A DNA stretch of 63,833 bases, counting the filler, from Octopus bimaculoides (lineage: Eukaryota): NCBI RefSeq assembly GCF_001194135.2. It is 5 parts of 5 records of this genome, joined end to end, with 100 filler letters (N's around TTAATTAATTAA, not from the genome) between each part and the next. Parts side by side here need not be neighbours in the genome. Positions count along the whole stretch, not along the records: positions 32,548 to 43,471 come from NC_068993.1; positions 43,572 to 54,767 come from NC_068984.1; 3 more parts are not named here. One strand, 5' to 3'. The position numbers and the translations under genes were made by a program. Shown here one piece after another: positions 37,960 through 52,960 of this stretch. Positions within the stretch are counted from its first letter, which is position 1, and the number at the start of each line of letters is the position of its first letter. The notes beneath the pieces were generated by a model, which searched no databases, was not told where the DNA came from, and saw only the letters and a program-made list of their open reading frames with translations.

Positions 37960-39080
37960 CGGGGGTATCCCCAAAATACATACACATCTTAGCAGCTGAT
38001 AACTGTCATGTCCTTTTCATTTTAGATTGAATCCAATCAAAATAATGAAGAAATCCAGACTAGACTTTGCACCAAAAATAGATTTATAAATTCAACTGTA
38101 AGTCTGAAAACGTTATCGAAATGCAAATACAGTTTAGGAGGGACAGACGCACCTACGTGACTTACCGTCACTGGAATTAAAGATAAGTTTGAAGCAGATG
38201 GGACTCTTCGGAATGTCTACAAAACGGTCCAGAAGACAGTGGATATCGATGAGCCTCTTAAAGCAAGAATGTGTACTGGAAACATATTGCCAGATTTCAA
38301 GAAAATATGTGCGGCAAGCGAATCGTCTGATAGGAATTTCAAAATTCAATGTCTATTGCATTTTGAAGCGCTGTCATTGGAAAAGTTACATTTCAAGAAT
38401 AGTCCATGCTCTCAATGAAGATGATAAGAACCCAAAAATGGAGTTTGGCGAATGGTACTTGACAAGATATGTACAAGATGTGCAGTTTCCAACAAATGCG
38501 TTTGAGATGATGAAGGTATACTTAAATTAAACGGCTCGGTTAACCGCCACATTCGCATCTCATGGGATCCTGAGAATCCGCACTTTACTACGAGAGGAAC
38601 ATCTTGTTAATTTATCTGGAGTTACAGTGTGGAGCAGTTCATCATCAAAAAGATTAATTGAGCCATTATTATTTTAACGGTCCTATTTATTAGAACTTCT
38701 TGCGAGATTCTGCCATCAAGCATTCAAGTGGTCTTTGAAAACGTGTTTTTTTTTTAATATTCAGCAAGATGGGACGCCCCCACACTTCCATAAGTAATGT
38801 AACGGCGTTACTTGATAAGATTTTGCCAAATAAGCGGATTGAGCAAATAGTTGTCCGCGTTCATCGATCTCGTACTGTGAGCACTTTTTATGGGAATATT
38901 TAAAAGATAAAGTTTGCAGTACAAAACCTGCAACAGCCAACCAACTGAGGGCTGTTATTGAACGAGAATGCGCGCAAATACAGAGCGAAAGGTTTCTTGA
39001 TGTCTGCGATTCTATAGTTTCACGCTGGCAACCGTACTCGGAACATGAAAGTACCCGGAACATGAAAGTACATTTCAATT
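37960..39080 (+). mobile_element. Degraded Tc1/mariner-superfamily transposase (non-DD34E motif type)
   Basis: Fragments: IGISKFNVYCILK...WKSY...VHALNEDD; KLNGSVNRH; QQDGTPPH; FLWEYLKDKVCSTKP..ANQLRAVIERECAQI. Multiple frameshifts; TIRs not identified. Confidence 0.75.
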
Positions 39081-39381
39081 AAATAGCTCAGTTTGAATGG
39101 CGCTGAACAGTAATTTATTAGAAAACACGTTTACAGAAAAATTATATTCAGTTTGTAGATTCCGTTATATTTTTAGAATGAAATGTATTTTAATAAGCAC
39201 TGCCTTTATAATCATTCAATATGCTTACACACACATGCGCGCGCGCGCGCACACACACACACACATACAGACACGCACACATGCGCGCGTGTACACACAC
39301 ACACACACACACGCAGACACACGCACGCGCGCATGCACACGCACACACAAAAGTGCGTGTGTATACATACATACGCACATA

Positions 39382-39603
39382 GGATCTTTCTCAATGACAG
39401 TCTTTAATTGACCGTCATCGATGACATGGGCGTCAACTACGCTCACGATCTGTGAAATCGTTTAAACCATTTTCGAGCCGACCACTCACTGACCATTTCG
39501 TAACCAAACGTTTCGTGATATCGCGAGCAGATTCTGCTGCGTTACGTCCTTTTTTAAAGTTGAATAGTAAAATTGCTCGAATATCGTACTTTGACAGTTC
39601 CAT
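39382..39603 (-). mobile_element. Mariner transposase N-terminal (HTH) fragment
   Basis: MELSKYDIRAILLFNFKKGRNAAESARDI / ETFGYEMVSEWSARKWFKRF / [14 protein letters not shown], with frameshifts. Confidence 0.75.
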
Positions 39604-39973
39604 TTCAGATAGATGATTGTAGCAACGGTGAAAAANNNNNNNNNNNNNNNNNNNNNNNNNNNNNNNNNNNNNNNNNNNNNNNNNNNNNNNNNNNNNNNNN
39701 NNNNNNNNNNNNNNNNNNNNNNNNNNNNNNNNNNNNNNNNNNNNNNNNNNNNNNNNNNNNNNNNNNNNNNNNNNNNNNNNNNNNNNNNNNNNNNNNNNNN
39801 NNNNNNNNNNNNNNNNNNNNNNNNNNNNNNNNNNNNNNNNNNNNNNNNNNNNNNNNNNNNNNNNNNNNNNNNNNNNNNNNNNNNNNNNNNNNNNNNNNNN
39901 NNNNNNNNNTATGTATATAAATACATATATACATGCCTATATATGTGTATACATACTTACGTATGTATGTATG

Positions 39974-40016
<43 letters not shown>

Positions 40017-40072
40017 GCACGTGTGTGTTTGTATACATATATGCGTACACCCACGTGTGTGTGTGTGTGTGT

Positions 40073-40110
<38 letters not shown>

Positions 40111-40654
40111 TGCGTGTCTAGGCTAAGGAGAGAACAAGGCCGGTATTGTTGTGTGTGAGAAAGATTGTAACATTTCAAACGCTGCAGAAATGAAGAGTGA
40201 AAATGACATAAATATCAGATCAAAGATGGTGATGACAGAGAAATGTATGGAAGGCAAGTATGGACTATTTAGAAATATTCTTCGCTGGCAAGATTATTAG
40301 AAGTTCAAGGTTATCCATGGACAGATCTACGTCTATGTTCGTTGGTAAATTATCTCCTGTATGTATGTACGTATGTATGTATGTATGTATGTATGTATGA
40401 TATGTATGTATGCATGTATATATGTATGTATGTATGTTTGCATACATATATGTNNNNNNNNNNATGTATGTATGTATGTTTGCATACATATATGTATATG
40501 TATATGTATGTGTGAATGATTGTATGTGTTAATGTATGTATGTATGTGTGTGTGTGTGTGTATGTATATATAATTATATGTATGTGTGTGCGTGCGGCAT
40601 GTGCGCGTGTGCGTATGAGAGTGTTTATGCATATGCATACACACACACACACAC

Positions 40655-40698
<44 letters not shown>

Positions 40699-42292
40699 CT
40701 TTCTGTCTATAAACATGCTTCTGATATATGTACGAATATATACACGGTCATAGATGCTGATATTTATACATACATACATACATACATACATACATACATA
40801 CACACATACATACATACATACATATATATAAATATAAATATATATNNNNNNNNNNNNNNNNNNNNNNNNNNNNNNNNNNNNNNNNNNNNNNNNNNNNNNN
40901 NNNNNNNNNNNNNNNNNNNNNNNNNNNNNNNNNNNNNNNNNNNNNNNNNNNNNNNNNNNNNNNNNNNGCCATTAGCTAAAAACGGGAGTTTCTAGACCAT
41001 CGTAGGCAAATTGCGGCCCGCAGGAGTTTATGAATGACGCGCCTTATGTAAACGTTTCTTGAATTTCTATAGTGCTGCGGCCTAACTGATGACGAAACTG
41101 ACTCATGCGGCCCTCTTTTGAAAAAAGATGCGTATGCCTATTGTTGATGCTAGAAATACCAGTCAAAACTCCTTTAAAACCCTTCCTCCTATCTCGAAAC
41201 CGATTATAGCAAATGTTACATGAGATAAAGTAGCATTTGATATGAGTGAAAAAAAGAAGAGACAGCGAATTGGCAGTAGCCTTAGAATGTCCGAAAGAAT
41301 GCATGTCGTTGCTTGTCTTGACGTTAAACTCTTTGAGTTCAAATTTCGCTGAGGGGCGCATTACTCTTCATCCTTTCCGGATCAATTAAAAAATGCTGTT
41401 TCTTATTTGTAAACACATTTTCATTTTTTATGATCATGAGGTTGTCCCTTCTCTCCTTTATTTAGGATTTGGATTACATTTGGATCTTCTTTGTCATTAT
41501 TTAACATACGAAGTCGATAAAGTAAGTACTAGGTGCTTTCCCCAAAATTTTAGGGTATTGTAGAAAGGGTTACATATTATAAAATTAAATTAAATTAAAT
41601 AAAAAAAAATTAGTTTATGTAATATTTCGTTCTGTTTCTGTCTTTATAAAAGAAAAAAAAAACTGAATGTATTTCTTTGCCAGAGAATTTGTCAGAAACA
41701 TTCGGGAGGTCCTTCCATGTCAGGGTTGGCAAAATCATCTGGGTAGAATCAGTTCGTTGGATAAAATGTCTTGCGCTGTTTGCTCTACTTCACTGCGCTT
41801 TGAGCTCAAATACACCCAACGTCACTTCCTTTAAGTTTGGCTCTTTGTTAAAACAAACTGCCGATCTCGAGCAATTAACTAGTAGAATTGTAAGAGGTAA
41901 AGGTGCCTTCTAGCATTTGTGTCCAGTCTTATTTTTTACGTTCTGAGTTCTTGGGTACCACTACCACCATCACCACCGTCATCACTATCATCGTCATCAC
42001 AGTCAACTGGTCCTTTAATGCCTTTTGCAGAATTCACACTGGGGCAAGCATTCGACTCAGACTTTCGGTTTCAGAATACCTTCTTCACTTCTCTCTACTA
42101 GTAAAATAGATAGATAGATAAATAAATGAATGAATAAAGGATCTTGGACGCTCCCTGACATGTGAGCATGTCTGAAACCAAATTATTACCTATTATATAA
42201 TTATTCTATCCTGTGCCAAAGTACCATCTTTGACCAATAGTCAGACATATATATATGGACATGCATACACATATATATGCTTATATACATAT

Positions 42293-42370
<78 letters not shown>

Positions 42371-42380
42371 NNNNNNNNNN

Positions 42381-42395
42381 GTGCTCTTCCGATCT
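42381..42395 (+). other. Illumina adapter remnant
   Basis: GTGCTCTTCCGATCT directly after a 10-N gap matches the TruSeq adapter 3' end. Confidence 0.85.
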
Positions 42396-43007
42396 ATACA
42401 TACATATATATATACATACATATATATATGTGTGTGTATATATATAGAGAGACATACATATAAGTGAGTGCGTGTATGTGTGCATGTAAGTAGGTAGGTA
42501 GATATACATGCATGTATTCATGTATAAAGCTATTTACCATTTCTTTTTCATTGGTAATGCTTCAATGAAGGGGTTATGCTCCTGTCTTTCCTATTATCTC
42601 TGAACCCTGTCGGGTAGATGTATCGGATGGTTCAGTAAATAATAGGTTTGAATTTGTGCGATGTTCTCTAAAAAAATTGGTGAAAATCCAGTTTTAAATT
42701 TTTCGTGAACGGCTTCGACTATCTGATCTGTCGATTTGTGATGTTTGTCTGAAGTGTTTTATGCTGAATTTCGCATTTAACCACTAAACGTCTTGATTTA
42801 ATAGTCTCTCCCAACTGATAAGACCGTTCTGTAATTTACCGAGCAGTAAACTATAATGTCGAGATGGTTGTTCACTCCCTGTGTGGGACTTTTTGCATTA
42901 TTTGCATGTCTGAAGTTGATGATAAATCCGATGTAGATAAGAGCATTTATCTAAAGCCACGGCTTCTAAACTAACCACATACATTTTGTGTCTGCTGCAA
43001 GCTGTAG

Positions 43008-43100
<93 letters not shown>

Positions 43101-43422
43101 CAGAAAAAAAGAGAAAGAGAGGCGAAAAGGGAGTGAGAGAAAGACTGAGGTAGATATTTTAATCTGCCTTACAATCAATGTTTATCTTTAGAAGGAGCAT
43201 GTTCATAGATTTCTAATTTTCCCTGTAATTCCTATTAAACAATTTTGCAGAAATTCGAAATATCAGTAGAGGAGATTGTTTCTGCTTTATAATTTTTGCT
43301 TAAAAAAAACAACAAAAACACGTTCGCTAATCTCTGTCATCTATCTCATCTGTCTCGTCTGTGTGCACACTCACACAGACAGACAGATAGACAGACACAC
43401 GTTTATACATATATATGTATGT

Positions 43423-43471
<49 letters not shown>

Positions 43472-43571
43472 NNNNNNNNNNNNNNNNNNNNNNNNNNNNN
43501 NNNNNNNNNNNNNNNTTAATTAATTAANNNNNNNNNNNNNNNNNNNNNNNNNNNNNNNNNNNNNNNNNNNN

Positions 43572-43651
<80 letters not shown>

Positions 43652-44023
43652 ACATATACACACATAACTGGAAACGACCAAAGACTTATGATAATTCCGT
43701 AACAATTCTTCACATAATCACTTTTGTGCCATTGAATGTATTGGAAATATCATTGATTTGTCTCTGATTTCATTCTAATAGTAGGAGGCTGTGGCCTCTG
43801 AAGATTTGCCCTAAACCTGTATAGTTAAATCTAATCACAACGTAGTATGAGTATGGACTCTGAATGTCAATTTAAACATTGAGATATAAATATCTGGCTA
43901 GAAATCAAACAACAAATATATATGTGGGTGCTTGTGTTTATCTAGACATTCACTCACGTGTGCACATAAACACACACATTCACACATACACACATGTATA
44001 CACATATATACACATATTATGTG

Positions 44024-44402
44024 GAGGCGCAATAGCCCCATGGCAAGGGCGCTGGAGTCGTGGTCATAGGATCATGGTTTCGATTCTCAGGCCGGGTGTT
44101 GTGAGTGTTTATTGAGCGAAGACATCTAAAATCTTCACAAGTCTCCGGCAGTGGGTGGTGTCGAACCCTGCTGTATTGTTTCACCACAACTTTCTCTCAC
44201 TCGTTCTGTCTGTTTCTGTTGTACCTGTATTTCAAAGAGCCAGCCTTGTCACACTCAGTGTCACGCTGATTCTCCCCGAGAACTACGTAAAGTGTACACG
44301 TATCTGTAGAGTGCTCAACCACTTGGACTTTAATTTCACGAGCAGGCTGTTCCCTTCATCAGATCAAATGGTACACTTGTCGTCGCAACCGACGGAGTGC
44401 CC
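44024..44402 (+). mobile_element. tRNA-derived SINE (fourth family)
   Basis: Head GGAGGCGCAATAGCCCCATGG...GGTTTCGATTCTC with A/B-box spacing, followed by a non-tRNA body. Confidence 0.6.
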
Positions 44403-46049
44403 CTACATATATTATATGTATATGTTCTTGCAGAGAAGTAGTGTACTGAATATACTAGCTTAGTTTGATTTAAAGCATTATTAATTTTATAATGCAGAAA
44501 TGTATAAATACAATATGTCAAATATTATTGATTGCTTTTATTGGAACATTCTTGTTGGTGATGACAATTTAGCTTGTAATTCATAATCAATTCATTTCTG
44601 ATAAAAGATCTGTACTGCTCAGGTACACATGTGTGCCATGTCTCATATGAGAAACTTTTATAAAACAATAATCTCTAATGGAAAATTCTTGTTTGAGCAT
44701 ATTTGTTTTTTTTTTTTTTTTTAAGTGGCAGACTTTGAAGTAAAGAAATCGAATTCAATGTTCATTTGAATATCCTTTTTAAATTTCCTTATTCAACCAT
44801 CTGTGATAGAATGTCTTGAGATAATGTTAGTGAAGTCATGATAATTTTGCTAGATATAACTTTGCAAGTCAGCATATAATTCGTTAAAAAATAGATAACA
44901 CACTTCAGTTAATGATTTGCTTGAAATAACTTTTGTTTTAAATTTACATTAAATATCTTTTACTCACATGGATACTGACGGAAAATAGACTCCAGGTCTG
45001 CTACACTGCTTGAAAGAGAACAAAACCATAAAGAAATCATTATAATACTTACTGTTTTCTCATACAAAAATAGAATATTTCGCATGACTCAGAACTTTGC
45101 TACTGTCAGAAAAACGGAACATAGATGCCTGTAGCAAGTCATTGTTAAACATGTCGTTTTTATTGTACAGCCTAAAACTAATGGAATCCAAGTTCTTCAG
45201 TAAATGATTCCTCAGCAAGTTTAATTCGTAATGTAGATATAAGCGTGTCAAAAGTAATTTGATTGCATAATGGGCTACAAAGTTTTAATTGTTACACATT
45301 TGCAGCCTTCGTGTATCTGGAGGCGTGGACCTAGATAAAAAGCATTTTAAGAATTCTAAATATGGATTTTATAAAGATTAACTTGATTGAGTTATACATC
45401 AGAAACCTTGTAAAATTAAACCTACATTTTCTATGTCAAATATTCCATAACATGTAAAAATATCATTTACAGGAGGTAGGGCCAAGATGTAAGTAAATGC
45501 TGCGTTAAAACAGACAGAAATGCCATTCTAAATCATTATTTATGCTTTATAATACTCTACTTACAGTTATTTCTACCGCTCAAAAAGTAAGAATTTAAAT
45601 ACAATTCTAAATCATGATAATCAATATCAAAATGTAATAATGCACCATTCTAATAGAGAGATATGCACTTCGTTATATTATTTATTCTGCTACACCTTAT
45701 ATATAGGGAAGTGTATAAGAAGTGACTCTGGAAAATAGATAGGGTATACTTATTTGAATATTCTGAACCGGGAATTGAACGGTAAAGCAAATGATACTGA
45801 TTCGTACCTTTTTGATACGTTATACCTCGCACACACACACAGACACACGCGCGCGCGCACACACACATAGACATGTACAAGCAGGCACACAGACACATAC
45901 ACATATACATGTACGATAAGTAGTCCATCGGTATCCGACGACGAAAATGTGTTTTCTGAGTGATGGGAGCGCATGTGACACCCACATGTGTCACAATGAT
46001 AGTCTAGATTAAGGTGGATGCTTCCCTGTGACAACTTTCTTTTGCATCA

Positions 46050-46460
46050 TTGAGACGCTATCGCCAGTCCTCTTCGAAGACTTCCACGCTGGTCTGTCTG
46101 CAGCAGAGGTTTCGAGTTCGTGTGGGCTAACGCGCTCCATCTGAGGTTACATTTCGAAGTGTCTTTGTACCTCAGTGTAGGTCTTCCTCGTTTGTGTGAG
46201 ATTGCCGTAACACAGCTGTCTGAAAAGACGGTTGTTAATCATTCTGATGGTATAACCAGTCCAGTGTAACTGAGTCTTCGGTAACATTGACTCAGTGCTC
46301 GTTGAACGAGCTGTGTCCAACACTTTTTGGTCTGTTACACTGTCCTGCCAGTGAATGCTCATGATATTGCACAGTGCCCGCGTGAAAATATTCCGTCTGT
46401 CTGATGTGTGCCGACGGTAAAGGATCCATATTTGACATCCATAGAGAAGTGTAGAAATAA
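46050..46460 (-). mobile_element. RTE-clade LINE 3' fragment
   Basis: LLYGCQIWILYRRH...LCNIMSIHWQDSVTDQKVL...ESMLPKTQLHWTGYTIRM..NRLFRQLCYGNL is the post-RT region typical of RTE/BovB. Confidence 0.8.
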
Positions 46461-48238
46461 TTACATATATATATATATATATANNNNNNNNNNNNNNNNN
46501 NNNNNNNNNNNNNNNNNNNNNNNNNNNNNNNNNNNNNNNNNNNNNNNNNNNNNNNNNNNNNNNNNNNNNNNNNNNNNNNNNNNNNNNNNNNNNNNNNNNN
46601 NNNNNNNNNNNNNNNNNNNNNNNNNNNNNNNNNNNNNNNNNNNNNATATATATATATATATATATATACACAATCATTTATACATGTATGATTTATACAT
46701 CATATATGTAAGTATATTTGTATATAAGTTTGTGTGTGTATGTATGTGTGATGCATCTAGATTGACCATTTTAGGGCGCGTGCACGCACAACTATATTAC
46801 AGATGAACCACCAATTAGGTAACTCAAAAAGGTGGCAGTGTATAGAGTTAACAGGAATCCAAAGAAATCATACTTATATAACAAGGTGCTCTGGTTTGAA
46901 ATTAATAACATATTTAATCTTATACACTCGAAATAAAGAAAAAGGAAACCGTTTGAAAATTTCCGAGGGCTTCACTTAAAAGGATTGCTTCGCCAGCTTT
47001 CTGGAGATAAGTAAACGTCACACACGTCTATTTAACGTGTCATGGTACCTAGTTTACATACACACTCACAAACTTTCTCATAGCTTTGGGGAAGTTTTTT
47101 TATAGAAATGTAAATTGAAAAAAGAGAAATTCTAAATCATTAATAAACAAATAATGTAAAATAAGAGTTAAATTCTGTAATTTAATCAACTTAAATACAT
47201 CAATTCTGACTTAGCTTTTTCAAGAGAGACCTCTTTGAGAATTTTTTTAAAAAGATTGTTGCATTCCTCAGGGTCGTAATTCAATAAAAATAAAAGAAAA
47301 TCTAATAGAATCGCAAAGGAAAACAAAGCAATAAATGTATTTTTAGTTCATGTGATTTGTATTGTTTAGAGTAGAGATAAAATGGTTCTCTAGACTGAGC
47401 GTTAATCTTCATGTGACAAGGTTTTCTGTATGGAAAGATCAGACGATTTTGATGACAAGAATTCATAATGAAGTGAAAAGGAGAAACAAACAGTTGCAAG
47501 TTGGCTTAAGTAAGGGATTACTCATATAATCTACTTAGAGAGAAGGATTATTAAGAAAGTCGTGATTAGTTACCTAATGCTCTGAGGACGAAATAGCTCT
47601 GGAATGAACTTCATATATCATATACTAATTCACCTTAGCGCATGATACATTTACAGAACGAACGTATATATATCCACGAGAAACTGTTAACATGTTAAGA
47701 TTTCTTTTCAACGTATTATTGACAGGGTAAAACACAAATTATAACACAAGGCAGATTCGACAATGGTGATACATAGAATTTTAATGGCAGTTATATTTTC
47801 TGCCGAATCAACACTTCTTGTGTTTGTAAACATAAAATTGGATAAAATTAAACTCTACCAAGTGACGCCAAGAGTATACGGAACGAAATACTGTCAAACA
47901 ATGTCCGCTGCTCTATGGATTTGGCAATTCAAACAACCCGTTTTAACGGAAATAAGGGAAGATTCACTTGCACCAAGTCACGGATATGTAAGAAATTTGT
48001 AGTCGATGTAATCGACCTAACTATTTGGCTCAACTTTTCTATAAACATTTTGGCAAGAAAAGCCTATTCGAATAAGATTTGAACTGAGAGGTCCAAGGAC
48101 GTATCTAAATGTCAAATGGTATAGATACATGACTTTTGTAGATTCCGACACTTAGCATTTAGGATGTTTTGCTTATGAACTAAGTAAAACTTAGCGCACC
48201 TAGCATTCATTTATACATACATGCATACGTACATATAA

Positions 48239-48270
<32 letters not shown>

Positions 48271-48469
48271 AAATTTAAAAAAACTGTTAATACACACACT
48301 TCACATAGTTTTGTAAAGTGTTTGCATTTTCCTTCGTTTATTTCATATATATTTTTTTTTGTCACGTGGGAATAATCGAACTTCCCTCCTTTGTGTTATA
48401 TATATGATGGCCGTTCAGTTGAATATACTATAAAAACGTTAAGCGTCGAAGACAGCGGGTAAGGAAATG

Positions 48470-49042
48470 AGAAATACCGACACCCCAGGCTAAAGAAGGT
48501 CTTCACCAACGTAAGGTGCTGTTATCTGTTTGTTGGCTATGAATGATTAGTCGATTAGTCCACTTTGAACTTTAAAAACCCAAATTAAGCGATAACAAAG
48601 GCGATTTACTGCGAGCAGCTTACCATTTAACGTCAGCACTGGAAGAAAAAAATGACCATCTTTGGTTTCAAGCCGAAAGTTGTTCCTTCATGATAATGCT
48701 CGGTTACATACAGCGAGGGTGACATTCCACAGGTTGAAGCAGTTTCAATGGGAAACGATGCCCCACCCACCATATTCGCCGGATATTGGCCCATGTGATT
48801 ATCATTTATTCTGCAGTCTTCAAAATCCTTTGGAAGGAAACAATATGAATTCTGTAGAGGAGGTCAGAACAGCACTGGAGGAGTATTAGTATTTTTCGTC
48901 ACGGACAAGTAAAGTTTACCAGATAGATTGAAGAGCATTTTAGAAAATTAAGAATATATTTTAGATAAAAAAAAAAGAGTTTATCTTAAGTTTGAAAAAT
49001 AAAAGAAATATAAAAATACGCATTATTTATGAGAATACCCAA
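48470..49042 (+). mobile_element. Mariner (DD34D) 3' half with right TIR
   Basis: LHQRKVLLSVCW; HDNARLH...PHPPYSPDIGPCD with D34D spacing; ends ...GAGAATACCCAA|TA. Confidence 0.85.
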
Positions 49043-49046
49043 TATA

Positions 49047-49083
<37 letters not shown>

Positions 49084-49488
49084 TTGTATCGATTTCTAAA
49101 TTGTACAAAATACAAAAAGATACGATGACAGAGACAGATGAAGAAATAAGAAAAAAGGAGTAGTTTAAAACAAAGGTGAAGACGAATTATGTCCCTTTTT
49201 TCTTCCAGTAATGTTATTGTATACAAAATCAATATTCTTTTATTATTTTATTTTTTTTAGTCATTTGATTGGGGCCATGCCGGAGCACCGCCTTCTTTCA
49301 ATATCCGCCAACCAAACGCTCTATGAATCATACGATTGGAGACATGAATGTATTTTACCTATTCTTTTGGTCTGTATTTCTTGCTTGCTTCATAATTTGA
49401 TTTACGTTAAATTCCCGTCGTAAGCAAATTACTGTGACTAACTTTCCTAGTTTCAGCTTTAAAGAATCGTCCCTCTCTCTCTCTCTCC

Positions 49489-49530
<42 letters not shown>

Positions 49531-52500
49531 CTTGTCGGCCCCGAAGCTATAGTAGACGACACTTGTCCAAACTGTCACGCAGTGGGATTGAATCCGGAAC
49601 CATGTGGTTGCTTAGCAAGCTACTTACCCCACAGCCACTCCTGCGTATACTATTTCTTATCAACCTCTGTTTACTTTTAAATTTGCCAACTTGAAATATA
49701 TTATGGTTTATCGACCACTTTTGGTGTGTTGACTTACATTTATTGTGAATAAATCAGGTTTACAGTGTATGGGTATAACTGAAACTTACACAGTCATTTC
49801 GAAATGGTACAAATAACATGGTACACTTTTTGAATCATATCCACAGCATTCCGCAAAGAGTATTCAAGATACAAATATACTTTGAAAATGATCCTTGGGA
49901 TATACGCAACATTTTGCAGTGTATTTACATAGAGTGCATAACATAATATCTAATGTTTTTTTTTTTCGGTGCCATTTGTAGAACGACTTTTTATATTCAA
50001 GGTGATAATGTTACTATCTTTGTCGAAGTCATTTAAAATTTAAAATTTTCCAATGAACTTAAATTATGTCCCATCAACGGATTTAAACTGTCTCACAATT
50101 GTTTTACAATTACGTCTGCTCTTTTAGCAATATTTTGTTATCCTGTTTTTACGCTGGAAAGAGTTCTTGTTTGTATTACAAAGAAATAGCTTTCACTTGT
50201 GCAATTTCAGCGCTAAATAATTCTATTTAACTCAATTTTTTTACTTGTAGAGTATTTTCTGTTTCAATTTTAACAAATTACTTCTGTCGGTTAATGTTTT
50301 CTGATTTATTTTCCATTATGTTATAGCTTTTGCTCTCATCCGGTTTGTGTAATATGATTTCATCGTTCAAATCATTCAGGGTTCATTTGAGTCTTTTGTT
50401 AAGGAAATTTAATGTTGTATATATAGCTATGTTTATTGGATTAGCTGCGGAATAAGACTTGAATATGTCGTCAATTTGTATTATATTCCTATATGTAAAG
50501 GTCTCTAGAGATTGGTATGGTACATCTAATTCGATTTTTTCCGGTTTAAGTCTTATTCTTTTTTACCATTTCATAACAATTGTGTGAATGAACAGACTAG
50601 TTTTTTAATTAAAAAAAATACTGGCACTAGTTTGCTTGTTATAAAGCAAGAAAACATACTAAACATATTCTTCTAGCTATCGTTTTGGTAGTACAAGTCT
50701 AATTTTAATTTAAAGCAACCCCATTATCGGGAAAGAAACCAATTTTACAGTTTCCAACTTAACACTTGCATTTTTTATTAGGTAAAAGAAAATTAAATTG
50801 GTTCGTGTATTAGTACTCGTTTTTTAACAATTTTTATGAAATACGAAAGCAGGCCTTCGAAACAAATAAATATTTCTAAGATCTAGAATCACCTACTCAC
50901 TAATTAGATTAAGTGACCACAAAATATGCACCAAAGCTAGTAACCCTGTATTTTAAACCAAGGAATAAATAGGCGACACAAACATACAAAGCGTTACAAA
51001 TGTACAGAGAACTACAAGTGTTAGAGACAAATGTACAGTCAAAGCTATTAAATAGTGCGGCAATAACATTCACTTATTGTTGTAAACAGGTAACACTTGA
51101 GACTTGCATGCATAACCAACGCCAGGCAGACAGATAGTACTTCGAATTATCACCCAGACTCATTTCACTGTCATTCGCCAATTTTTTGGAATGACAATAT
51201 ATATATCCTACCCTGAAAAGTTTCCCAGAATTTTAATTAGTAATTCTATAATATAATTAGTAATTCTATAATTTAATCTTTTGCTTAAACAATATTTCAG
51301 CAATTTCAGTTCAGTTTTCATCCCGTTCGATACCCGAAACCTTCATTTATTTATTTCCTTTTGGACCAGAGTTAATTGAAGGAAGCACTCGTATTAACAA
51401 CGGTGACTTTATTTTGATGAATTAAGAGTGTATAAAGAAAGCCATATTATTTAACAAAAATTAGTTTTAAATTTTGGAACCAAGTCTGCAAATTTGCGAA
51501 GTGGGTAAGTCGATTACGTCGACCCCTCCACCCAGTGTTTAACAAGTACTTAGTTTATCTATCCCGAGAGTGTGAATGGCAACGTGGACCACAGCAATAT
51601 TTGAACTCAGATCACAAAGGTGGTGTGCTGGCGGAAATGTTAGCACGGCGGACAAAATGCTAGGTAGCAATTCGTCCTTCATTCTTTAAGTTCTAATTTC
51701 AAATTCCACCTAGGTCCATTTTGAGTTTAGCCTTTCGTTGTCGATAACAGAATCCCTACCTGAACACTGGGTTCAATGTAATCAACTTAATCCCCATTCT
51801 GCAATTGCTAGCCTAGTTCCAAAATTTGAAACACGTATTATAAATCATAACAAAGCAACGACGTGGCAGAGTCGTTAGCGTGTCACCGAAAATCTTACCA
51901 ACATTTCTTCTGGCATTACTTTCCGAGTTCCAGTACTGCCGGAGTCGATTTGCCTTTCATCTATTCAACGTTAAAATAAATACTAATTGGACACTGGGGT
52001 CGATGTCATCGACTTAACCTACTCTCATAATTGCAGGCATTGTGTCAAATCGTCAGTGTGTTGGACAAAATGTGGTACGGCATTCGGCCCAGTTGCGTAC
52101 TGGGGTCGATCTAATGGACTAGCCTGCTCCCTGCTCCCCCCAAATTTCGGGCCTTGTGCCCTGAATAGAAAATAATTTATCATACTTTTCTCGTCATAAT
52201 TACTGTCTCCAGTTGATGCACCTAACTAAGGTGGATATGAATTTACTTAACTTTTATTATAATTATATATTATAGTATTATTATTATAATTTCACCTTTC
52301 ATACGACATTAAGGATCCCGTGAAGTATTATGTAGAAAAAGAAATGTCATACTTACAAAATAGGAAAAGCAGTATACTGAGGTATTGATGTAAGGGAAGA
52401 GTAAGTTGGATCTTCAAAGAGCTTGTAACTGAGCTGATACGGTTACTTGGCGTACAATTTGGGAAGTTATTTCTATCTTTCGTCTCATATTAACACTTAT

Positions 52501-52908
52501 ATGTTATGTACTTATGGTTAGGGTGTTGAAATCATGATTGCAAGATCGAGATTTCGATTCCTAGACAGAGATATGCGTTGGGTTTTCAGGAAAACATTTC
52601 ATTTCACGTTGATCAAGCTGTTAATAAATAAGGAGTTCAAATCAATGACTACTTATTGACGACGAATGTTGTAATTTTGACCACTTTTACACTATGGAAA
52701 CCGGGTAAACGCTGTAATGAGTCCTACGATTGGAGACAATAATGTATTTTTCATTTCTATTTGGTCTGTATTTCTTGCTTCCTTCATAATTTGATTTACG
52801 TTAAATTCCCGTCGTAAACAACAAATTAATGTGTCTAACTCCCCTAGCTTCAGCGTTAAAGAATCTCTCTCTCTCCTGCTACCCATCTATCTATCCATCT
52901 ATCCATTC

Positions 52909-52960
<52 letters not shown>

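Noticed and set aside
42381-42395. Unique 15-mer after a gap
   Set aside because: Illumina adapter contamination, not biological.
42540-42960. Possible Penelope GIY-YIG remnant on the minus strand
   Set aside because: Only scattered weak motif matches across several frameshifts; not supportable without a search.
47860-47995. Open frame DAKSIRNEILSNNVRCSMDL...CTKSRI ending at a GTAAGA donor
   Set aside because: Weak AAG acceptor, no partner exons, no recognisable motif.
49760-49930. Possible Tc1/mariner terminus (TACAGTG...)
   Set aside because: No matching second TIR or clear transposase motif found.
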